Assembly (NCBI RefSeq): GCF_006345805.1
Contig: NW_021834468.1
Location: 1 to 48,667, forward strand
Direction of reading: 5' to 3'
Length of the DNA stretch: 48,667 bases
Source: Octopus sinensis
Lineage: Eukaryota
Part shown: piece after piece, positions 40,190 to 48,667 of the stretch
How the letters are laid out: the number at the start of each line of letters is the position of its first letter
How positions within the stretch are numbered: the first letter of the stretch is position 1
Program-made: the position numbers and the translations under genes
The notes under the pieces: generated by a model
Seen by the model: the letters and a program-made list of their open reading frames with translations, nothing else
Database searches by the model: none
Told to the model about the DNA's origin: nothing

Positions 40190-40400
40190 TTGTCACAGTG
40201 CGCTTACGCGCCTCGTAGCGCTCGAATGATTGCAGTCGGCTTTATAGGCGGGCAAACCTATATTCCCTCTAAACGAAATGAGACGTCGATGCAGGGTTAT
40301 CCATTTGCAAGTGAGTGGACTGTAGCAACGTGAAATGAAGTGTTTTGCTCAAGAACACAACGTGAAACCGGTCTGGGATTACCAGGCCGCTCGCCTCCAC
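40190..40400 (-). mobile_element. CORE-like SINE fragment related to family A, head partly deleted
   Basis: Minus strand CGTTGTGTTCTTGAGCAAAACACTTCATTTCACGTTGCTACAGTCCACTCA. Confidence 0.7.
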
Positions 40401-41789
40401 ACAACGGCACGCACATATATGCCTATATGTGTGTGTGTGTGATGCGCGCGCGTCTTTCTGTTGGTGTGTGTGTCTGTGTGGGTGTCGCTTAGTACGCCTT
40501 TGTGTTTACGTTTCTGTGTGTGTCTGTGAGTGCACGGTTCTTTGTGTAGGTGAATGTTGATTGCTGACTCGCAGTAGTTCCTTCTAGTGGTTTCACGGAA
40601 TAAAGTTTCATGTCCCAAGCCTTCATTCTACTGCAAAGACGAGTGGAGGGTCGGGACTCTTCTCATTCATGTTACTTCTATTTGCCATCAAAATGTGAGA
40701 TAATAAGGACGTGGTGGTATTTAATTGGTGCAAAGATGAGTGATAACCTGACAGCCACAACGAATGCTTCCAAACCTGGAGTCTTGAATGCCAGTGGGAG
40801 AAATGTGGGTCCCCAAATTTCTAACATATTAAAATTCATTTAACCAAATGTTTCTGTCACTAGAATTTCACTTCTTAAATACTTCAAGCCGTCAAACAAT
40901 ACTTACAAACATATATACATACATCCATCCATCCATCCATCCATCCATCCATCCATACATACATACATACATACATACATACATACATACATACATACAT
41001 ACATACATAAATCCAACACTGGAACTGTAAAAATATGTAAAACTTTCCAGAAGTTTATCATTTAAATACATGTGAGCGTGTCTAGATATGTATCTATATG
41101 CGGGAGAATACATACAAATCTGCACATATACATACATGCATACATACACATACATACATACATACATACACACATACATACATACATACATACATACATA
41201 CATACGTAAATAAATACATGCAAACAAAAATATCCTGTTGTTGATGTTGAAATTCCAATGAAGGGGCCTGGGATCTAGGTTAGAAACCGGCTCTTTCACT
41301 ATTGGCAAGAAATAAAACTGAACAATGACATACATACATACATACATACATACATACATAAATATATACATACATACGTATGTACATACATATGATACAT
41401 ACATACACACGTACATATATACACGTATACATACGCATATATATGTATGTATCTCTTGCCATATATACGTATTATTCTATTCATCAATCCAGCCAGCTAT
41501 GTATCTATCTATCTATCAACATACATATATAAACACACATTAATACGCATGTATTATAAATATGTGTGTGTTGTTTGTGTGTGTAATCCATACTATGCCA
41601 TGTTTCCTCAAATCCTTGATGGAATCGCACGGCGCCATCATGGCTTACTATTTGTATTGGGCACCTGTTTAGACCGAGCGAAGGTCACCATTCTTTAGAG
41701 TTGGTACAGTTGATCTTTCTAGAAAGAGAGAAAGAAAAAAAAACCCAGAATGACGAGTGGGAGAAAGGGAAGAACCGACCCAAACAAAG

Positions 41790-41932
41790 AATTGATACTT
41801 TATTTATTGATCCAGGAAAGGATGAAAAACAATGTTGACCTCAGCGTGATTTGAACTCGAAGCACAGAGAGCCAGAACATCTACTACAAAGCAATCTATC
41901 TGACGCTCTAATGACTCTGCAAATTGGCCACC
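41790..41932 (-). mobile_element. Family B-like SINE, strongly diverged
   Basis: Minus strand GAGTTCAAATCACGCTGAGGTCAAC...TTTTCATCCTTTCC. Confidence 0.55.
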
Positions 41933-42113
41933 ATTGTATATTCCTGTGTGTATCTATGTATGCATGTGGCTGTGCATGTATGTGAGTGTGTGTGTGTAAG
42001 TACGCATGTATGTGTATATCTATGTATGAATACATGTGTATATAAATAATGAATGTATATGTGCATGTATGAATATATGTATACAGATATATGTTTATAT
42101 ATATATATTATAT

Positions 42114-42146
<33 letters not shown>

Positions 42147-42358
42147 ATACAGATATATGTTTATATATATATATATATAAGCAAATGTGGAGGTATATAA
42201 GCAAATTAGACAGATCAATATACAAAGTGCATGTCTGGTATGTGTGTGTTTGTGTGTTTGTGTGTTTGTGTGTGTGTATTTTTGTATGTATAAATATATG
42301 TATGCATGTATGTTCATAAAGACGTATGCCTTAAGTATGTGTATACGCAGAGACATCT

Positions 42359-42450
42359 AGAGAAAGGGAGAAGCAGAGAAGGGGAGAGAGAGAAAGGGAG
42401 AAGCAGAGAAGGGGAGAGAGAAAGGGAGAAGCAGAGAAGGGGAGAGAGAA
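42359..42450. repeat. ~28-30-bp purine-rich tandem repeat, 3 units
   Basis: AGAAAGGGAGAAGCAGAGAAGGGGAGAG repeated three times. Confidence 0.85.
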
Positions 42451-43044
42451 AGTCACAAACGGAGAAGAGAGAAAGAGGGAGTCAGAGAGAGGCGGAGGTG
42501 GCAGAGAACTGAAGTGAAAAAGAACAGAAAAGAGATAGTAATACAGAAGTTGAAAATAACTGTTAGCCACTTACATGGCACTGGGAAACACAGGATTCGG
42601 TGCATGAGATATTTCACATTGTTTTGGTAAATTTTATTCGTTGATTTTAAATATACCATAAATTTTCTGTACCAGCGGTGACTATCGAGATATGTTATAC
42701 TCCTAATTGGTAGGCATGCATCGATCGGGCACAGGGATTGATTACTACAAAACATTATTGTTGCTATGTCTCGGAACGGTCATGTTTTTATTGCTAAACA
42801 AACATAGGCGCTATATATTCGTTCTTCACTCGTATATTATTCTTCTTATCTTATCTTATGTCCATGGTTTGGAAATCATTCGTCACACAACTATGACCTC
42901 TTCAGCGACTGTTCCATACATGTGTTTCCTCCTGTTCTGTGCTAAAAAAAACGACTTTATATAAGATGTTTATTTACTTATTAGATTACATCCATAGAAG
43001 CACATAATAGTGAAACAAGCCAAGCAAGTTATCATTTGCTCAGA

Positions 43045-43643
43045 CGTCTCATGAAAGCTGCGTTTCAGAAACTTCTTGTGGTGAGCTGCCTCAGGACAGT
43101 CACGTTGAATTCCAGGAGTAATTCGCCATATAGGTATCCCAGTGTTACTGGTATCTTCCTTTCATTGTGCTTAAATCATAGTGGAAAATTTTCATCTGCT
43201 TATCACTTAAATCACCAAGGTTGTCTGGGAATTAACCCAAGTGGCTGTGGTGGTAATGCGTTTTAATGCTCGAATTGACAGCAATAGGAGAATACGCTTG
43301 CCATTAGTAAATATTAGTTACCTGCTTTATGTCTTCAAAGAAAATTTCTTACAACCAGAGGGAACGAAAACTATGCGTCTACCTTAGCATTGTTCATAGG
43401 GAATATGGGTTTATCATGAATTCTCTGATTGTTAAAAATACCAGCTTTCAGATTCTCCATGCTCAACAGTGGAAATTTTCTGCTTAAGTCAAAGCAGTCT
43501 CCCTCTTTGTTCAAAGCTTTCACAAACTGTTTCATTAAACCTAATTTCATGTGCAGTTCTAGTAAAATGATCTTGTTTCTGTCAAGTAAATATTCTGACA
43601 TTACTTTCTTTTTCCATCGATCATGTTTCCTCTCAGAAGCCAT
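43045..43643 (-). pseudogene. Decayed DNA-transposon transposase C-terminus, probably CMC/Chapaev3-like
   Basis: LHMKLGLMKQFVKALNKEGDCF, LKAGIF, then HSHLG*FPDNLGDLSDKQ..FHYDL..RYQ..WD..MANYSW; matches the LPPLHIKLGLMK / SDEQGERFHQDI family. The superfamily name is from memory. Confidence 0.75.
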
Positions 43644-43913
43644 GGTTTTTTAACTCATTAGATTTACTATATGGACTTGAAAGATATATGCTAGTTCACA
43701 AAACCATTCCTTCAGAATCCGATTCCAAAGGGCAAAGATATAGAAGAAACTGAAATAATATCTACCATGTTTTAAACCATGTCAATCAAAAGCTCATCTG
43801 AAAAGTCATCTGAGGGCTTATCCTCAACGGAGTGATCGTGCTGTGTGATGGGGTGTGGTGTGTGTGTGTGTTGGTGGGACGACTATCATCTGTGAAGATG
43901 GAGCAATCATATT

Positions 43914-43946
<33 letters not shown>

Positions 43947-43950
<4 letters not shown>

Positions 43951-44260
43951 GTCGAGGAAATCGACCCTTGGATTTATTCTGTCAGTTTCTTTTTTGCTGA
44001 ACCGCTAAGTTACGGGGACGTAAACACACAAACATCGGTTGTCAAGCGATGGTGCGGACAAACACAGACGCAAATACACAAACATATACATATGTATGTG
44101 CGACGGGCTTCTTTCTGTTTCCATCTACCATATCCAACTCACATGACTTTGGTTAGCCCGAGGCTATAGTAGAAGGCAGTTGCCCAAGTTATTACGCAGT
44201 GGAGCTGAACCAGAAACCATGTGGTTGGAAATCAAGCTTCTTATTACACAGCCTCACCTG
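43947..44260 (-). mobile_element. Family C composite SINE
   Basis: Colinear with 22125-22538 (CCGCTAAGTTACGGGGAC, CATCGGTTGTCAAGCGATG, GAGGCTATAGTAGAAG). Confidence 0.85.
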
Positions 44261-44322
<62 letters not shown>

Positions 44323-44618
44323 ATAATATATATATTATATATATATAAATATATATATATAAATTATATAAATTATACCCCCAAACAAACAAAATGTCTA
44401 ATTCCAGAATTTCATCCAAAAACTCAAAATTTGAAAGGCGATAGCGAAATCGGTTATGTTGGAAGACAAAAATCTTATTTTATACAATATTGTATAATGC
44501 TTTTGCTATTATGGTTCTAATATATTCTTTAGTCTTGTAAAACAAATCTTCTATGTTTTTCATCTTATTTCTTCCCGTATATACATACATACATACACAC
44601 ACACACACGCACACACAC

Positions 44619-44654
<36 letters not shown>

Positions 44655-44721
44655 ATATATATATATATATACATATGTATGTATGTATGTATGTATGTAT
44701 ATATATATATATATATATTAA

Positions 44722-45130
44722 TAGGCATCAGTCGGTCTCAAAAAACCATTTGTCTTGTTGGCCCATAGAAATTGTGTCAGTTGCTGATGGTGATGCAGCG
44801 CTTGCTGTGGCTATAGAGGATCACACAGGAGTGCAGTCACGCATACAGTGACGGTATTTGAAGGAGCTCTCTACTGGCTCTTCAGGGTTTTCTTTCCGTT
44901 GAGTGCGTTGGTCTTTAGTGGTGACTTCCTGCTTCTCTTGTCCTCGCTTCATCTCCTTTCGCAGTATTTGTCTCCAGCGTGGGTGATCACTTTTTATCTC
45001 AGGATATCTAAATCAAGCGACTTCATACCTCTCTTGTAGACGTCCTTGAAACGAAGACGAGGTTGTCCTCGTGCTCTTGTGCCAGTGGCCAATTCCCCAT
45101 ACGGCACTGGGTTTGGATCCTCCTATCCTA
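44722..45130 (-). mobile_element. RTE-clade LINE 3' fragment
   Basis: Minus frame YGELATGTRARGQPRLRFKDVYKRGMK; ends GAGACCGACTGATGCCTATTAA. Confidence 0.85.
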
Positions 45131-45550
45131 TGCGATGTACATGACTGAGCCAGTTTATATATATATAAACTGATGTTACCCGTAATATGATGGTAAATAT
45201 TGAAGTGTACTTTGGCCGCACTAGGTAATAGCAGGAAATATTGCATATATACAATAATCATCATTTAATTTTTATCAAATTTGGTGGTGCTTATATAAAA
45301 CGATAAAATGATCGCTAATTTTGAAAAGGAGAATATTTATTACATGGAAATAAAATTAAAAACGAATTTCTCATTTGTGTATTTGCAATAAATACCTGTT
45401 ATTGTTTTTCTAAATTTTATCAGCATAATTGCAATCTGTTGCATAGAAAAACCATCTCCAAAATTTCATACATTAATGTATATTATTCAGAAAGCTGCAA
45501 TAATCAAAATGAAGGCTGAAGTACGAAACTGGATTGTTGCAACTCTCTCA

Positions 45551-45585
<35 letters not shown>

Positions 45586-45925
45586 AGTGTCTCCGTGTCT
45601 CATTGTCTTTCTGGGTGTGTGTCTTTTACCAAGACTGTATTTGCATTCATCCTCATAAGTAACTCTCTTATATTAACTTCAATGTTAGCTCTCAAAGTAT
45701 ATCTCTTTCACTCTTTCTCTGTCTCTTTTCTCTATTCAGTATAAAATGTAACTGCCAAAATGAGCAAACAAGCAGCAGCAGGCAAGCAACATCTATATCC
45801 ACTATGATTAAGCAGAGAATATATATATATATATATATAATATATATATATATATATCAGTATGTGACCTCGTGAGTACCACCGGCGATTTTTTTCCTCT
45901 GTCTTCCCTTCTCGGGATCTCCTAT

Positions 45926-45960
45926 GTTTCCGACGAAGAGCTCCGCTCGAAACGTTAAAC
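45926..45960 (+). ncRNA. Minimal hammerhead-like motif with variant core, in a probable Penelope-like 3' remnant (~45860-46058)
   Basis: gttt-CCGACGA-a-gagc(tcc)gctc-GAA-ACGT-T-aaac; U4>C deviation. Confidence 0.55.
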
Positions 45961-46058
45961 CCTCCTTCTTCCCTTCTTTCCTGAGCGTCCAATAATACTT
46001 TATTTGTTCCACGTCCTTGCGTTGTTGTGTTTTTTTGTTTTCTTGTTTGAATTAACTT

Positions 46059-46101
<43 letters not shown>

Positions 46102-46289
46102 AAAAAAAGTCAAGGTTTCAGTCATTGAGACTTTTTCAACTGTAACAATTAAATAATTGAATTTAGAAAAATTAAAAGAAAAGTTTTTTTAAAAGAATAT
46201 TTATATAGTGTTCAAACACAAGTGGCATTTTTCTTGTTTCTGCCCGTCTCTGTCTCTCTTGTTTACTCTTGTGGTTCGAGGTCGTTGTG

Positions 46290-46363
<74 letters not shown>

Positions 46364-46969
46364 AGAGAGAGAGAGAAAATCCGCAAAATAATACGAGGGA
46401 AATCATGAAATAAGGAGGAGTCAAATAAGCAACATTATGCCCAACAGTCAAAGACGCATTACTAAAGTTCTGTAGAAATATACAGGTATAAAACAGAAAA
46501 GAGAAGAAGTGTGTCCTAAAAACGAAAAAATGAACTATGCAGGAGAAGCAACAGGTATCGGTCGGAGTGATAAACTTTATCAAAGAGAAGAGAAAAGTAT
46601 TAAGAGATACAAGAGGAAAAATAAAATATACGAAATACCAAATTTACGGTGTTAGTTTACATACTGTAAGACCCCCCCCCCCACAAAAACAGACAGAGAG
46701 ACAGACAGACACACACACACATACATATATGGTGTCATATGCGTGAATATGGATATATGCCACATTTAATCAATATCCATTACTGCACAACTACACTACA
46801 CTGAAATTCTGACGATTCACTTACTACGGATGAAACCATTGATCACTGTGAACGATTGTACATTGAAACTTGCAGCTCTTACAATAAATTTTTACTCTAG
46901 AAGCAACATGCATTGACTACTTAATCTCTTAGAGGTAATTATGCTGAGTGCAAACTATTCTGGTGCCTA

Positions 46970-47045
46970 TACATACATACAGACATACATGCATACATAC
47001 ATACATACATACATACATACATACATACATACATACATACATACA

Positions 47046-47079
<34 letters not shown>

Positions 47080-47085
47080 AACATG

Positions 47086-47117
<32 letters not shown>

Positions 47118-47211
47118 CGTAAACATATATATATATATATACACACACACAAAGATATAAAGATATATACATACATAAATATATGTAAATATATATATGC
47201 ATATATACATG

Positions 47212-47249
<38 letters not shown>

Positions 47250-47678
47250 TCAAAAAAGGGGGTCGAATTAATTAATTGTTAATAAATTAATTAATACATA
47301 CCGTCTTACATACCGTCTTTATATATATATATATATGTGCATATATATATATATATATAGACTAGCAGGCAGACGGATAGATAGATCAATAGATATAGAC
47401 ATACATATAGGCGAATTATGATATTTATATATATTCATTTGTTAAAATGGGGATGACAGAGTTTGAGAGAGTGAGAAAGAGAAAGGGTGTATATAGAAAT
47501 ATCAGATTTGGGAGATAGAAAATAGATTGATAGTAGATAGATAGATAGATAGATAGATATATAAATAGATAGATAGATAGATACATAGATAGATAGATGG
47601 TGAAAGAAATGTAGGGATAAATAGATAGATGGTGATAGAAAGATAGAGAATAAGTGATAGAGAATAAGAGGGAGAAAG

Positions 47679-47713
<35 letters not shown>

Positions 47714-48508
47714 AAAGATATTAAGATAGAGAAATAAAAGGAAGAGACAGGAAGCGAAATACAAATGATACGAGTAAAATGGAGACACCGAATGCATTGG
47801 ATAAAACTAGATATAGAAGAACAGAGATAAAGCGAATATATTAAGCTATTAAAATTGCCGCGCTCACCGCCCTCCTAGACGACGGCGAAAACAATCCTAC
47901 AACAAACGCAATAACAACAACAACAAGAACAACAAGAACAACACGAACAACAACTACGGCAGAAACAACTATAGCAACAACAATAACATTACCAATGCGA
48001 TCAGCATAAACCACAGAGTATTCCCCTCCATCGTACCTCATCACAGTTATGATACAACACAGGGTAATAAATCATAAAGCAGATATAGCAATTCATTTAT
48101 TAGATAAATAGCAAGTCTCCAGAAGAATCACATCTCTACAAGCACAAACGCATGTGTAAACAGGCGCACTCACACCGCGCACACACATGTAGATTTAGAC
48201 TTAAAATCAAATTAAACACCGTTAATGCATATATGTATATATGTATATATATATATATAATATATATATATATAATATATATATATATATATACATATGT
48301 ATGTATGTATCATATATATATGTATGTATGTACATATATATTTACATACATATATATATATGAGTATATACATATATATATATATATTTATATATATATA
48401 TATGTACTGTGTGTGTGTTGTATTACAGCACAATAAAAATAAGCATACATATACACATACGCATACACATACATTACACACATACACACCACATATATAT
48501 ATATATAT

Positions 48509-48547
<39 letters not shown>

Positions 48548-48640
48548 TAACATATTCATGTATATATGTATGTCTATGAATGCATACATATACATGTATA
48601 TATGTGTATTTGTGTGCATGTGTGTATGCCTGTGTCACTG
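46970..48640. repeat. Compound microsatellite-rich tract: (TACA)n, (TA)n, (GATA)n, (GA)n, (ACA)n
   Basis: Direct reading. Confidence 0.85.
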
Positions 48641-48667
48641 TGTTATCTCATTCTGCTTCTGCATCTA

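Noticed and set aside
41248-41297. CCAATGAAGG...GAAACCGGCTC hammerhead-like string
   Set aside because: Multiple essential core mismatches and poor stems
42568-42670. Possible minus-strand exon ending at GTAAGT
   Set aside because: A donor-like site alone; no convincing acceptor, frame or homology

Overview
AT-rich, microsatellite-dense animal DNA. The SINE repertoire and (TA)n/(TATC)n/(TACA)n density are consistent with an octopod cephalopod genome, but this is inference. No intact host gene can be supported. The window is a patchwork of tRNA-derived SINEs, a decayed Helitron Rep/Pif1 helicase, a clean non-autonomous Helitron inserted into a Penelope-like RT remnant, RTE and R4/Dong-like LINE fragments, a Chapaev-like transposase remnant and a 2.4-kb 63-bp minisatellite. 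The most notable structure is a non-coding ~530-bp tandem array at 23896-26511 (3 copies, then ~1.9 inverted copies). Each unit carries an intact type I hammerhead ribozyme with a palindromic stem III (ACAAUUGU), making it retrozyme/Penelope-pLTR-like. A second, unrelated hammerhead-bearing family at 1967-3161 has the same stem III and the same head-to-head inverted architecture inside (TA)n tracts. Several older inverted elements carry decayed hammerhead cores.
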